DNA of 64,000 nucleotides from Anaeramoeba ignava BMAN. Its lineage: Eukaryota > Protista > Anaeramoebae. Under the pieces are notes generated by a model, which saw only the letters and a program-made list of their open reading frames with translations, made no database searches and was not told the origin of the DNA. The stretch spans positions 186,001-250,000 of the forward strand of contig JAPDFW010000093.1 of assembly GCA_028826165.1 (NCBI GenBank), read 5' to 3'. Below are positions 12,056 to 27,026 of this stretch, in pieces. A program made the translations under genes and the position numbers. Position 1 is the first letter of the stretch, and every line of letters starts with the position of its first letter.

Positions 12056-13841
12056 TAATTTTCTTTGATCAAAAACAAAAACAACAAAAACCAAAACCAA
12101 AAACAAAAAACAAAAACAAAAACATTTGACTTTTTTATATTTTAAATTTGATCGTGCTTACTTTTTTTATTTTTTCATTATTAGATCTGAAGATGGTTAT
12201 GCTGATTTAATTTTTGAACATATTAGTTTAAAAGGAAATCATTTTTTTGCTCATGTTTGGATCACTGTAATTTATTTTTATTATTATTTTCATTTAATCA
12301 ATTTATTTTAATTAATTTCTTTCAATTTATTAAGCCAATTAATTTAGGTGGACAAGTTGGTAAATTCTTTGATTTAAAATACTTTTTTTTTTTGGATTTT
12401 CCAAATTTAATATTTAATAATCAATATTCAATATTCAATATTTAATAATTAATAATCAATATTTAATAATTAATATTTAATAATCAATAATTAATATTCA
12501 ATATTTAATAATCAATATTTAATAATTAATAATTAATATTTAATATTCAATAATCAATAATCAATAATTAATAATCAATATTTAATAATTAATAATAAAT
12601 ATTAAATAATCAATAATCAATATTCAATAATCAATAATAAATATTAAATATTCAATAATCAATAATCAATATTCAATATTTAATAATTAATATTTAATAA
12701 TTAATAATTAATAATCAATAATCAATAATCAATATTCAATATTTAATAATTAATAATTAATATTTAATATTCAATATTTAATATTTAATATTTAATAATT
12801 AATAATCAATAATCAATAATCAATATTTAATATTCAATATTCAATAATCAATAATTAATATTTAATATTCAATAATTAATATTTAATATTCAATATTCAA
12901 TAATTTAATATTCAATAATCAATATTCAATATTTAATAATCAATATTTAATATTTAATCAATAATCAATATTTAATAATCAATATTTAATATTTAATAAT
13001 CAATATTTAATATTTAATAATCAATAATCAATATTTAATATTTAATATTTAATATTTAATATTTAATATTTAATATTTAATATTTAATAATCAATAATCA
13101 ATATTCAATAATCAATAATAAATATTCAATAATCAATAATTAATATTCAATATTTAATATTTAATAATCAATATTAAATAATCAATAATAAATATTAAAT
13201 AATCAATAATCAATATTTAATATTTAATAATTAATAATCAATAATTAATATTTAATAATCAATATTCAATATTTAATAATTAATATTTAATATTCAATTT
13301 TTAATAAAAAGCTGCACAAGGAGTTATTAAAAAAGTCCCAAATCCAAATTCAGCTGAAAAAAAGATTGAATCAACAACTGATGTAGATACCTCACTTCTT
13401 AAACCAAAATTTGATGATGAAAGTAGTGATACATTATTTGATTCTCAAAGTGAAACAAATTTAAAATCAGAAAAGCAAACTTCAAATGGAGTATGGACAA
13501 AAGATAATTTAGATAAAGAAATCCAAAGACTTGATAAAGAATTGGAAAAAGGAATGAAAGAAAAAACAAGATTAGAAAGAATTAAATTCAAAGTTTTGGA
13601 AAAACAATTAAATGAAAAAATTCAAGAAAATACTCAACTTAAAAATGAAATTCTTGTTATTCAACAAATACTTGATGAAATGAAGAAATCTAATAATGAA
13701 AATGAAACTGAATCACAATTTCAAGATAAAATTGAAAGAATAAAAGAAAAGAAAAAGAAATATAAAACTGAAGTTGAAAGATTAACAAACAGACTTAAAA
13801 TGGTTGAATTTGAAAAAGAAAATTTAAAGAAATTGATGTGA
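11750..13841 (+). CDS. PAS-domain + coiled-coil protein, copy 1 (exons 11750-12021, 12185-12266, 12335-12359, 13312-13841)
   Basis: Spliced product DAIAVVSPEKGYIEANDAAVKLFEASSKEELFKHRPDTLSPQFQ..DLIFEHISLKGNHFFAHVWITPINLGGQVAAQGVIKKV fits the PAS/PAC pattern. All junctions are GT..AG and keep frame. N-terminus is MGNANN. Confidence 0.85.
12410..13300. repeat. Intronic heptamer satellite (CAATATT/TAATATT/CAATAAT)n; a similar array lies at ~15310-16270
   Basis: Directly visible in intron 3 of PAS copies 1 and 2. Confidence 0.95.
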
Positions 13842-14477
13842 ATTGATTTTGTTCCACTTTTTTTTTAAATCAATTCCAAAAATTAATTCCAATTCTCTCC
13901 AATAAAATGGTTTGATTTTTGATTTTTTGATTAAATAATTTTCCAAAAAATTAAAAGGAGAAAAACAAATTTTCGCAAATTTTTTTTTAATAATTCAATA
14001 AAAATATTGGATTTTATTTCTTTAAGAGATAAATCAAGGAATTAAAAGAGAAATAATTTTTTAAACATTTTTTAAATTAACTTTAAATAACATTAATTAA
14101 ATTTCTTTATTCTTTTTTTATTCTTTTTTTCTTTATTAAAATGATCATTGTGATCTTCTATTTAACTTCTTATTTATTTTAATTAGTTTTTTTGTTAAAA
14201 GATTTGATTGATAGTTTTTATAAACTAAAGAGAGTAGATCAATTTAAAACAAACAAAATTCTTTTAAAAAAGAAAGAAGAAGTACAAAAAAAAAGATTGA
14301 CAATTTGAAACAATTTTTTTTTTTCCTTTTTTTTCTTTTAAGCTCCCTTTTAATTTTTTTATTACCCTTTTAATTTTTTTAATAAACCCAAAAAATAATT
14401 TTTTATCAAAATCACTTTTTTTTTCTTTCCTATTTTTATTTGTATTTTTTTTTTTGGGTTTTTTAACAGAGAAAAGA

Positions 14478-16802
14478 ATGGGAAACGTTCATCCGCATCA
14501 CACAAACAATGTTAAGCATCACATCACAAAAGCATCATTAAAGAAGTATCGGAGAAAAATACATTCATCACCAGATGCAGTTGCTGTTCTGACTCTGGAT
14601 AAAGGTTTTATAGAAGCAAATGATGTTGCTGTTGAAATGTTTGAAGCTTCTTCAAGAGAAGAATTACTTAAGTATCATCCTGATAACTTAAGCCCAAAGT
14701 TTCAGAACCATTTAGGCAAATCTTCTCATGAAGTTCTTACAGAAGTTATTCACAAAGCTTTCGAGTAAGCAATTTTTGTTTTTTTGCTTTTTATTTTTTT
14801 GCATCTTGTTGATCAAAAAAAATAATTTTGCTTAAACTTTTGACTCTGATCTTCTGGTTATTTGTTTCTTTATTTTGTGAATTTTGTCGAGAGAAGATTA
14901 CTCAAAATTTTGTTTATATTTCTTTTCTTTTCTTTTCTTTTTTATTTTATTTTATTTTATTTGCTTGTTGAATCAAAACAAAGAAACTTTTTTAATTTAT
15001 TTTTTTTTGTTGTGATCTTCTTTTTATTTATTTTTTTTTTTTTACTATTTAGATCTGATCATGGTTATGCTGATTTAATTTTTGAACATATTAGTTTAAA
15101 AGGAAATGATTTTTTTGCTCGAATTTGGATGACAGTAATTTCTAATTTCTTTCTTTCTTTCTTTCTTTCTTTAATTTAATTAATCTTCTTCTTTTTTTTT
15201 AAATTTATTAAGCCACAATTATTTAAACTTTTTAATTTTCCAATTTCAAATCCAATATTTTTTAAAATTTAATAATCAAGCCAATCAATAATTTAATTTT
15301 TATTTTTAATAATCAATAATCAATTTCAAATTCAAATTCAATAATCAATATTTAATATTTAATATTCAATATTTAATAATAAATATTTAATATTCAATAT
15401 TTAATAATAAATATTTAATATTCAATATTTAATAATCAATATTTAATATTTAATATTCAATAATCAATATTCAATAATCAATAATCAATAATCAATATTC
15501 AATATTTAATATTCAATATTTAATAATCAATATTCAATATTCAATATTAATATTTAATATTCAATATTAATAATTAATAATCAATATTCAATATTTAATA
15601 TTTAATATTCAATAATCAATATTTAATATTTATTAATCAATATTCAATATTCAATATCCAATATTTAATATTCAATAATCAATAATTAATAAATCAATAT
15701 TTAATATTCAATATTTAATAATCAATATTTAATATTTAATATCCAATATTTAATATTTAATCCAATATTTAATATTTAATAATCAATAATCAATATTCAA
15801 TAATCAATATTCAACAATTAATATTTAATATTCAATATTTAATAATAAATATTTAATAATCAATATTTAATATTCAATATTTAATAATTTAATATTCAAT
15901 AATCAATATTCAATAATCAATATTTAATATTATTCAATATATTTAATATTTAATATTTAATATTTAATATTTAAATATTTAATAATTAATAATCAATATT
16001 TAATAATCAATATTTAATAATCAATATTTAATAATCAATAATCAATATTTAATATTTAATAATCAATATTCAATAATCAATATTTAATATTTAATAATCA
16101 ATATTCAATAATTAATATTTAATAATTAATAATCAATATTTAATAATCAATATTTAATAATCAATATTTAATAATCAATATTCAATATCCAATACTCAAT
16201 ATTCAATAATCAATATTTAGTATTTAATAATCAATATTCAATATTCAATATTTAATATTCAATATTTAATAAAAAGCTGCACAAGCTGTCCTTAAAAAAG
16301 TTCCAAATCCAAATTCAGCTGAACATAAAATTGAATCAACAACTGATGTAGATACTTCACTTCTTAAACCAAAATTTGATGATGAAAGTAGTGATACATT
16401 ATTTGATTCTCAAAGTGAAACAAATCTAAAATCAGAAAAACAAATTCCAAATGGAGTATGGACAAAAGATAATTTAGATAAAGAAATTCAAAGATTGATA
16501 AAGAATTGGAAAAAGGATTGAAAGAAAAAGCAAGATTAGAAAGAATTAAATTCAAAGTTTTGGAAAAACAATTAAATGAAAAAATTCAAGAAAATACTCA
16601 ACTTAAAAATGAAATTTTTGTTATTCAACAAATACTTGATGAAATGAAGAAATCTAATCAAAATGAAACTGAATCACAATTTCAAGAAAAAATTGAAAGA
16701 ATAAAAGAAAAGAAAAAGAAATTTAAAACTGAAGTTGAAAGATTAACTAACAGACTTAAAATGGTTGAATTTGAAAAAGAAAATTTAAAGAAATTAATGT
16801 GA
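14478..16802 (+). pseudogene. PAS-coiled-coil copy 2, probably defective
   Basis: Exons 1, 2 and 4 are present. The 25-nt microexon and its donor are missing after the acceptor at ~15212, and there is a non-homopolymer 1-nt deletion at ~16495 (AGATTGAT vs AGACTTGAT). Confidence 0.6.
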
Positions 16803-17364
16803 ATTGATTTTGTTCCACTTTTTTTTTTCATTTCAATTCCAATTTCAAAATTAATTTCAAATTAAATTTCTTTTTCACACTTTTTTTTTAAAAACAAAAT
16901 CCAAAAAAAAGAATAAGTAAATTTCCTCAAACAAAATGATTTTATTTTTAATTTTTTGATTAAATAATTTTCCAAAAAATTAAAAAGGAGAAAAGCAATT
17001 TTCGCAAATTTTTGTTTTTTCTTTTTAATAAATAAAGCAATTTATACCCCCTTTTTATAAATTAAATCAAATCAAATTAAATTAAAGAAGAAAAAATTTG
17101 TTTTAATTTGATCATTGAAAATAAAATTAAATTGAATTTAATGAAAAAGAATTAAATCTCAAAAATTGATCTGAATTAATTTATAAAAATGATCTTAATT
17201 GCCACAAAAATATTTTAAATTAAAAATTTTTATTTAGATCGAATAATAAAAAATAAAAAACTTCAAAAAAAAAATAAATATTCTCCAATTTTTTTAAATT
17301 TCATTTTTAATTAAACAAAAAAAAATTATTTTTTTATTTCTTTTTTTTTACAAAACAAAACAAA

Positions 17365-19968
17365 ATGGGAAACGCAAACAATATTAAACATAACATCACA
17401 AAAGCTTCAATAAAGAAATATAGAAAAAAAATCTATTCATCTCAAGATGCAGTTGTAGTTGTTGTTCCACAAAAAGGGTTTATTGAAGCAAATGATGTTG
17501 CTGTAAAGCTATTTGAAGCTTCTTCAAAAGAAGAATTACTTAAGTATGGACCTGAAACACTTAGTCCCCAGTTTCAGGCTCATTTAGGAAAAAGCTCTCA
17601 AGAAGTTGTTATGGAAGCCTCAAAACGCGCAATAGAGTTTGTTTTCTTTTTCTTTTCCATTTAACTGATTTTTTGGATCATTGAAAATTTCTTTTATTTC
17701 TTTGTTGTTTTTTTTTTATTATTATTTGATCATTTATTATTGAATATTGAATATTAAATATTGATTATTGATTATTAATTATTAATTATTAAATATTGAA
17801 TATTGAATATTAATTATTGATTATTGATTATTAATTATTAAATATTGAATATTGATTATTAAATATTGATTATTTATTTTGGATTATTGAATATTGATTA
17901 TTAAATATTAAATATTGATTAAAAATATTGATTATTTAATATTGATTATTGAATATTAAATATTAATCAAATTATTTATTTTTGGATTATTGAATATTGA
18001 TTATTGATTATTGATTGATGATTATATTGATTATTGATTATTGAATATTGAATATTGATTATTAAATATTTTTATTGAATATTGATTATTGATTGATTAA
18101 ATATTGATTATTTATTAATATTGATTATTGAATATTAAATATTGATCAAATTATTTATTTTGGATTTAAATATTATTATTATTGATTATTAATTATTGAT
18201 TATGAATTATTATTGATTATTGATTATTGATTATTGAATATTGATTATTGAATATTGATTATTAAATATTAAATATTGAATATTGAATATTGATTATTGA
18301 TTATTAATTATTAAATATTGATTATTGAATATTAAATATTGATTATTGAATATTGATTATTGAATATTTATTATTGAATATTGATTATTGAATATTTATT
18401 ATTAAATATTGATTATTGAATATTGATTATTGATTATTGAATATTGATTATTGAATATTATTGATTATTGAATATTGATTATTGAATATTGATTATTGAA
18501 TATTGATTGATTAATTATTGATTGGTATTGAATATTGATTATTTAAATATGGTTGATTATTGAATATTGATTATTGATTATTGATTTTGATTATTGATTA
18601 TTGATTATTGATTATTTATTAAATTATTAATGATTGAATATTGAATATTAAATATTGAATATTGATTATTGATTATTGAATATTGATTATTATTGATTAT
18701 TGATATTGAATATTAATTAATGATTATTGATTATTATTAAATATTAATTATTAAATATTGATTATTAATTATTTTAAATTATTGATTAAATTGATTATTA
18801 CAAAATTAAATATTAAAATTGATTATTGATTATTGATTTTATTTTTGATTATTTATTTTTGAATATTGAATATGAATATTAAATATTAAATATTGATTAA
18901 ATTATTTATTTTGGATTTATTTTGGATTTATTTTGGATTATTGAATATTGATTATTAATTATTGAATATTGAATATTGATTATTGAATATTGATTATTGA
19001 ATATTAATTATTGATTATTGATTATTGAATATTTATTATTAAATATTGAATATTAATTATTGATTATTGATTATTGATTATTGATTATTGATTATTGATT
19101 ATTGAATATTGATTATTGAATATTGATTATTAATTATTGATTATTGATTAATTTTTGTGTGAATTAGGTCTGAAGATGGATATCATGATTTAATTTTTGA
19201 ACATATTAGTTTAAAAGGAAATCATTTTTTTGTTCATGTTTGGATTACTGTAAGTTATTTTTATTTTTATTTTTATTTTTATTTTTATTTTTATTTTTAT
19301 ATTTATTTTTATTTTTATTTTTATTTTTATTAAGCCAATTAATTTAGGTGGTCAAATTGGTAAATTTTTTTACTTTTTTTTAAAAGGATTGATTTTAAAA
19401 TTCAATTTCAAATTTAATATTTAATATTTAATAAAAAGCTGCACAAGGAGTTGTTAAAAAAGTCCCGAATCCAAATTCAGCTGAAAAAAAGATTGAATCG
19501 ACAACTGATGTAGATAGTTCACTTCTTAAACCAAAATTTGATGATGAAAGTAGTGATACATTATTTGATTCTCAAAGTGAAACAAATCTAAAATCAGAAA
19601 AACAAACTTCAAATGGAGCATTGGCAAAAGATAATTTAGATAAAGAAATTCAAAGACTTGATAAAGAATTGGAAAAAGGAATGAAAGAAAAAGCAAGATT
19701 AGAAAGAATTAAATTTAAAGTTTTGGAAAAACAATTAAATGAAAAAACTCAAGAAAATACTCAACTTAAAAATGAAATTCTTGTTCTTCAACAATTACTT
19801 GATGAAATGAAGAAATCTAATAATGAAAATGAAACTGAATCTCAATTTCAAGATAAAATCGAAAAATTAAAAGAAAAGAAAAAGAAATTTAAAACTGAAG
19901 TTGAAAGATTAACTAACAGACTTAAAATGGTTGAATTTGAAAAAGAAAATTTAAAGAAATTAATGTGA
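17365..19968 (+). CDS. PAS-coiled-coil copy 3 (intron 1 expanded, 17637-19167)
   Basis: Same four-exon structure and motifs as copy 1. Confidence 0.85.
17735..19150. repeat. Intronic heptamer satellite (ATTATTG/AATATTG)n, the reverse complement of the copy-1/2 repeat
   Basis: Directly visible in intron 1 of PAS copy 3. Confidence 0.95.
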
Positions 19969-20569
19969 ATTGTTTTTTTCTCCTTTATTTCAATTTCAAT
20001 TTCAATTCAAAATTAATTTCAAATTAAATTTCTTTTTCACACTTTTTTTTTTTAAACAATTTTCGAAATCAAAATCATTTCTTGAAAGAAGAAAGAAGAA
20101 AGAAGAAAAATAAAATTAAAAAAAAATTATTTTCCTTCTAAAAAAAAGAGGATATTTTTGATCATTTACAAAATCCTTATAAAATCAAAAGAATTGAAAT
20201 TAATTTCAAAAACAGAAAATAAAAATTCTTATTCATTCAGTTTATAAAATAAATTCCCAAAAAAAAAAAAGAATCAGAAAAGAATTTATTTGAATTTTAA
20301 AAAGAAAGTCATTATTTAAAACAAGAAAAATTGGCTTGTTTCATCTCCAATTCATTTGAATTAAAACAAAAAGCAAAAGAAGAAAAAAAATTTTTTTTAA
20401 TTAAAAAAAAAGACAAATTTTGCCCTCATATTATTTTTTTCTATTTTTTTTTTTTTGATCTTTTGATTATCACTTTTTTCTTCTTTATTTTTGTCTAATC
20501 AATTCTATTCTCTCTTTTTTTTTTCTTCTTTTTTTTTAGGATAAATTAACTCAATTTAAAATAACAAAA

Positions 20570-21769
20570 ATGGGAAATGCGAATAATGCAAAGCACAAAG
20601 TCACAAAATCAACATTAAAAAAATACAAAAAGAAAATTTATTCATCAAAAGATGCTGTTATGGTTACTATTGTGGGAAAAAGTTGTGTTGAAGCAAATGA
20701 TGCAGCTGTTGAAATGTTTGAAGCTTCCTCAAGAGACGAATTGATAAAATTTCAACCGGAACTTCTAAGTCCAAAATTTCAATCGCACTTGAACAAAACC
20801 ACTCAAGAAGTTATTATGGAAGGATGGAAAAAAATTTCTGAGTAAGTTTTCAATTCTCCATTATTTCCTGATTAAATTTTTTTTTTGATTCATTTAGATC
20901 AGCTGAAGGGTATTTAGATCTAGTATTTGAACATGTTAGTATCAAAGGAAACCATTTTTTTGTTCATGTTTGGGTTACTGTAAAGAATTTTGAATTTTTT
21001 TTGAATTTTGTTAACTTATTTTTTATTTTTTTTTTATAAGGCAATTAATTTTTTAGGTCAATTAGGTAGTTTTTTTTTGTTCTTTTAATCTGTTTTGTGA
21101 TTTTTTTTTTGTAATTGATGATCAAATGAAATGAAAATAACCACGTGGTGAAAAGGATCAAAAAAAGAAAAATTTTTTTTTTGAATAAATCAAAAATAAT
21201 AAAAAATAATAAATAATTTTACTTGGTCAAAAAAAAAAAAAGCTGCACAAAGTGTACTTAAAAAAGTCCAAAAACCAAATCCAGCTGAAAAAAAGATTGA
21301 ATCAATAAGTGATGTAGATACTTCACTTATTAAACCAAAATTTGATGATGAAAGTAGTGATACATTATTTGATTCTCAAAGTGAAACAAATCTAAAATCA
21401 GAAAAACAAACTTCAAATGGAGCATTGGCAAAAGATAATTTAGATAAAGAAATTCAAAGACTTGATAAAGAATTAGAAAAAGGAATGAAAGAAAAAGCAA
21501 GATTAGAAAGAATTAAATTCAAAGTTTTGGAAAAACAATTAAATGAAAAAATTCAAGAAAATACTCAACTTAAAAATGAAATTTTTGTTATTCAACAATT
21601 ACTTGATGAAATGAAGAAATCCAATCAAAATGAAAATGAATCACAATTTCAAGAAGAAATTGAAAGAATAAAAGAAAAGAAAAAGAAATTTAAAACTGAA
21701 GTTGAAAGATTAACAAACAGACTTAAAATGGTTGAATTTGAAAAAGAAAATTTAAAGAAATTAATGTGA
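20570..21769 (+). CDS. PAS-coiled-coil copy 4 (compact introns)
   Basis: Same four-exon structure; intron 1 at 20842-20897 and intron 3 at 21066-21242. Confidence 0.85.
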
Positions 21770-22328
21770 ATTGATTTTGTTCCACTTTTTTTTACTTTTT
21801 GAAATTTCAAAATCAATTTCAAAATCAATTTCAAATTAAATTTCTTTTTCACACTTTTTTTTTAAATCAAAATCATTAAAAAAGAAGAAAATTAAATTTA
21901 TATCTTTTAAAGAAAAAATGAGGATATTTTTGATCAAATTCAGAAAATTAAATGAAATTAAAAATATAAATAGTTTTATTTTGATTCAGTTTTTATAACT
22001 GTTTTAAATGAATTAGAAAGTAAATAAGATATGAAACTTAATAAATTATTCTTCAGTTTATAAATTCAATTCAAAAACATTAAAAGATCAATTTATTTTA
22101 AAATGATCGTAGAGAGAAAAATAGAAAAGAAAAATATCCTCACTTTAATCTCCCAATTATTTATTTTAAACCAAAAAGCAGAAAAATTTTTGATGACAAA
22201 TTTTGCCCTTTAATTGTTTTATTTTATTTTTTTGATCTTGATCATCATTTTTTTTTTCACACTTTTTTTCACTCAAATTTTATTTTTCTTTTTTTTAGGA
22301 TAAATTAACTCAATTTAAAATAACAAAA

Positions 22329-23520
22329 ATGGGAAATGCGAATAATGCAAAGCACAAAGTCACAAAATCAACACTAAAAAAATACAAAAAGAAAATTTAT
22401 TCATCAAAAGATGCTGTTGTAGTTGTGAATGCTGAAAAAGGATTTATTGAAGCAAATGATGCAGCTGTTAAACTATATGAAGCTTCTGGAAGAGAAGAGT
22501 TATTGAGATATAAACCACAAGATTTGAGTCCACCAATTCAAGAACATTTAGGAAAATCATCTCTTGATGCTTTGTTAGAAGGGATTCAAAAAGCTTGGGA
22601 GTAAATATTGAATATTAATTATTGAATATTTATTTATTAAATATTAAATATTTATTATTAATTATTATTAAAAGATCTGAAGATGGATATTATGATTTGG
22701 TTGTAAATATTATTACATTGAAAGGAAGAAGCATTTTTATTCGTGGTTGGATTACTGTAAGTCTAATAATCAATTATTTCATTCTCATTCTCATTTCCAT
22801 TTTTTTTCTAATTCTCATTCTTATTTTTGCAAGCCTCTTAACTTTTTGGGTCAAACAGGTGAATATTTTAGATTTTTTCTTTTAATTTTTAATTCTTAAT
22901 TCTTAATATTTAATTTAATATTCCAAAAAGCAATCCAAGGAATTGTTAAAAGAGTTCCAAAACCAAATTCAACTGAACAAAAGATTGAATCAACAACTGA
23001 TGTAGATAGTTCACTTCTTAAACCAAAATTTGATGATGAAAGTAGTGATACATTATTTGATTCTCAAAGTGAAACAAATAAATCAGAAAAACAAAATTCA
23101 AACTCAGAAAAACAACACTCAAACACAGAAAAACAACCTCCAAACTTATCAAAACAAACTTCAAATGGAGTATGGACAAAAGATAATTTAGATAAAGAAA
23201 TTCAAAGACTTGACAAAGAATTAGAAAAAGGAATGAAAGAAAAAGCAAGATTAGAAAGAATTAAATTTAAAGTTTTGGAAAAACAATTAAATGAAAAAAT
23301 TCAAGAAAATACTCAACTTAAAAATGAAATTTTTGTTCTTCAACAATTACTTGAGGAAATGAAGAAATCTAATAATGAAAATGAATCTGAATCACAACTT
23401 CAAGAAGAAATTGAAAGAATAAAAGAAAAGAAAAAGAAATATAAAACTGAAGTTGAAAGATTAACAAACAGACTTAAAATGGTTGAATTTGAAAAAGAAA
23501 ATTTAAAGAAATTAATGTGA
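22329..23520 (+). CDS. PAS-coiled-coil copy 5
   Basis: Same four-exon structure; intron 3 at 22859-22930. Confidence 0.85.
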
Positions 23521-24115
23521 ATTGATTTTGTTCCACTTTTTTTTTTAATCAATTTCTAATTCAATTTCTTTTTGGTTTCAATAAGAGGCAAAATCTTTAA
23601 TAAAAGTTTATTCCACAAAAACAAAAAATAATAATTTAAAAATGATCAAAACAAAAATAACGAAATAAAAAGGAGAAAAGGAAAAGAAAAGAAAATTTTT
23701 TTTTCAAAAGAAATTCTAAATTAAAATTGAAGTGCTGAAAGGTTTAATAAGAAAAGAAAATTATTTGAAAATTTTATTCTTTCTTTTTTTTAAATTTTAA
23801 ATTTGATTTTAAATATTTAATTGTCTAATTGTGATTTTAAATTTTTAATTTGGATTTAAAAGAAAAAAAGAGGGATCAAAAAACAATAAAAAAAAAAAAA
23901 TCAAATAAAAAGACATTAACATTTTGAAAAAAAAAATTTTTTTTTCCACGATTTCACAAATAAAATTTTTTTTAAATAATATTTAAATAAATCAAAACGT
24001 TCATTTTTTTCTTTACATTTTTTTTATTTTCTTTTTATTATTTTTTATTTTTTTATTTTTATTTTTTATTTTTCATTTTTGGAAAATAATTTTTTTTTTC
24101 ATTTTACAAAACAAA

Positions 24116-27026
24116 ATGGGAAATGAAATTCAATTAAAAAGAAAAGTAACAAAATCTTCATTGAAAAAATATATACAAAAGGTACATTCTTCAAAAGAAG
24201 CAATTATACTTGTTACACAAGAAAATGGATACATTGAAGCAAACAAAAAAGCAGTTGAATTATTTGAAGCTAAATCAAGAGAAGAATTATTAAAACATCG
24301 ACCAGATACTTTAAGTCCAACTTTCCAATCACATTTGGGAAAAAATTCCCAGGATATAATCAATGAAACTTGGAAGAAAGTAATAGAGTAAGTATTTTTT
24401 ATTTTCCGTTGTTTTTTAATCTTCTTTTTTTTTTTTTTGATCTTTTTTATTGATCAAATTTTTCATTTTGTTAATTTGTTTTTCTTTTGCTTTTTTATTT
24501 TAGATCAGAAGAAGGTGCTCAAGACTTGATTTTGGAGTTTTTTAGCTTAAAAGGAAATGGTTTTTTTGCTCGTGTTATAATAACTGTAATTTTTTGCTTG
24601 TTTGAAAAATTAATTGTGAATTTTTTCCTTTTTTTTTAACTTTTATTAATTGTAATTCTTTTTTTTCTCTTTTTCTTTTGATAGCCTATCAACTTAGTTG
24701 GGAAAATGGGTAAGTTGTTGTTGTTTTTTTTTTGATTTAATTTTTAAAAGAAAAAAAATATCCCTTTCAAATACACGTGGTTTCAAAAAAAAAACAAAAA
24801 GATTAAAAAATTGATCTTCTTATTTTTAATATATTTTCTTTTTTGAATAATTGTTTTTATTATTTCTATTTTTTTTTATTTGCAAAATTCTATAAAAAGA
24901 TAGCAAAATTTCATTGATCAAAAAAAAAAAGAAATAAACAATTTTTTATTGATAATTGACTTAATTTGATCTAAATTAAATTTAATTTAATATTTAATAT
25001 AATATTTAATTTGATATTTAATATTTAATTTGATATTTAATATTTAATTTAATATTTGATTTAATATTTAATTTAATTTAATATTTGATTTAATATTTAA
25101 TTTAATTTAATATTTGATTTAATATTTAATATTCAATTTAATATTTGATTTAATATTTAATATTTATTATAATATTTATTATTGGATTGAATATTCAAAA
25201 ATTTGATTTAATATTTAATATTTAATACTTTATTTAATATTTATTATTTGATTTAATATTTAATTTAATATTTAATTTTAATATTTATTATTGAATTGAA
25301 TATTCAAAATTTGATCTAAAATTTAATATTTGATTTAATATTTGATTTAATATTTGATTTAATATTTAATTTAATATTTGATTTAATATTTGATTTAATA
25401 TTTAATATTTGATTTAATATTTGATTTGATATTTAATATTTGATTTAATATTTGATTTAATATTTGATTTAATATTTAATATTTATTATAATATTTATTA
25501 TTGGATTGAATATTCAAAATTTGATTTAAATTGATATTTGATTTAATATTTGATTTAATATTTGATTTAATATTTAATTTAATATTTAATTTAATATTTA
25601 ATTTAATATTTAATTTAATATTTGATTTAATATTTAATTTAATATTTGATTTAATATTTATTTTTAATATTTAATATTTGATTTAATATTTGATTTAATA
25701 TTTATTATAATATTTAATTTTAATATTTTGATTTAATATTTGATTTAATATTTAATATTTGATTTAATATTTGATTTAATATTTAATATTTGATTTAATA
25801 TTTAATTTAATATTTGATTTAATATTTATTTTAATATTTGATTTAATATTTGATTTAATATTTAATTTAATATTTAATTTAATATTTAATTTAATATTTA
25901 ATTTAATATTTGATTTAATATTTGATTTAATTTTTGATTTAATATTTAATTTAATATTTAATATTTATTTTAATATTTCAAAATTTATTTAAATTGATAT
26001 TTGATTTGATATTTGATTTAATATTTAATTTAATATTTGATTTAATATTTGATTTAATATTTATTATAATATTTGATTTAATATTTAATTTAATATTTGA
26101 TTTAATATTTAATTTAATATTTGATTTAATATTTGATTTAATATTTATTATAATATTTGATTTAATTTAATATTTAATATTTGATTTAATATTTAATTTA
26201 ATATTTGATTTAATATTTAATTTAATATTTGATTTAATATTTATTATAATATTTATTATAATATTTGATTTAATTTAATATTTAATATTTGATTTATTAT
26301 TTGATTTAATATTTGATTTAATATTTGATTTAATATTTGATTTAATATTTATTTTAATATTTTGTTCATCCTAAAAAATAAATAGCTGCTCATGCTGTAT
26401 TTAAAAAAGTTAACAGCCCAAATTCAACAGAAAAACGATCATTTGAATCATTAACTGATCCAGAAAGTTCATTTTTCCACTCAAGATCAGATGATGAACT
26501 AACTGATCCATATCATGAAAGACCAGAAAAGCCAATGAATGAATTACAGATAGAATCAAGGAGTAAATCACTGCTTAATACTCAGATTGAAAAAGACAAT
26601 GAAACTCAAACCGATTCACTAGGCTATTCACGATCTCAATCATTTACATTTTCACAAAGACAACAAGGCGAAAAATGGACAAAAGAAATTTTTGATAAAG
26701 AAATCCAAAAACTTGATGATGAATTGAAAAAAAGAAAAAAAGAAAAGGCAAAATTGCAAAAAATGAAATACAAATTTTTGGAAAAGGATTTAAATGATAA
26801 GAATCTTGAAAACTTCCAACTTAAAAACGAAATTATTGTTCTTCAAAAATTACTTGAAGAAGTTAGGAAATCTAATCAAGAATTGGAATTGGAAAAAAAT
26901 GAAATTGAGGAAAAAATGGAGAAATGCAAAAAAAAGAAAACGGTTTATAGAACTGAAGTTGAAAGATTAACTAACAGACTTAAAATAGTCGAATTTGAAA
27001 AAGAAAATTTAAGGAAATTAATGTGA
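24116..27026 (+). CDS. PAS-coiled-coil copy 6 (most divergent; intron 3 expanded, 24710-26385)
   Basis: MGNEIQ N-terminus, PAS motifs, C-terminal RTEVERLTNRLKIVEFEKENLRKLM. Confidence 0.85.
24980..26360. repeat. Intronic 12-mer satellite (TTTGATTTAATA)n
   Basis: Directly visible in intron 3 of PAS copy 6. Confidence 0.95.

Noticed and set aside
21066-21242. Intronic box C/D snoRNA (TGATGA near the CACGTG in copies 4 and 8)
   Set aside because: No downstream CTGA D box or terminal stem was found, and copy 6 lacks the C box.
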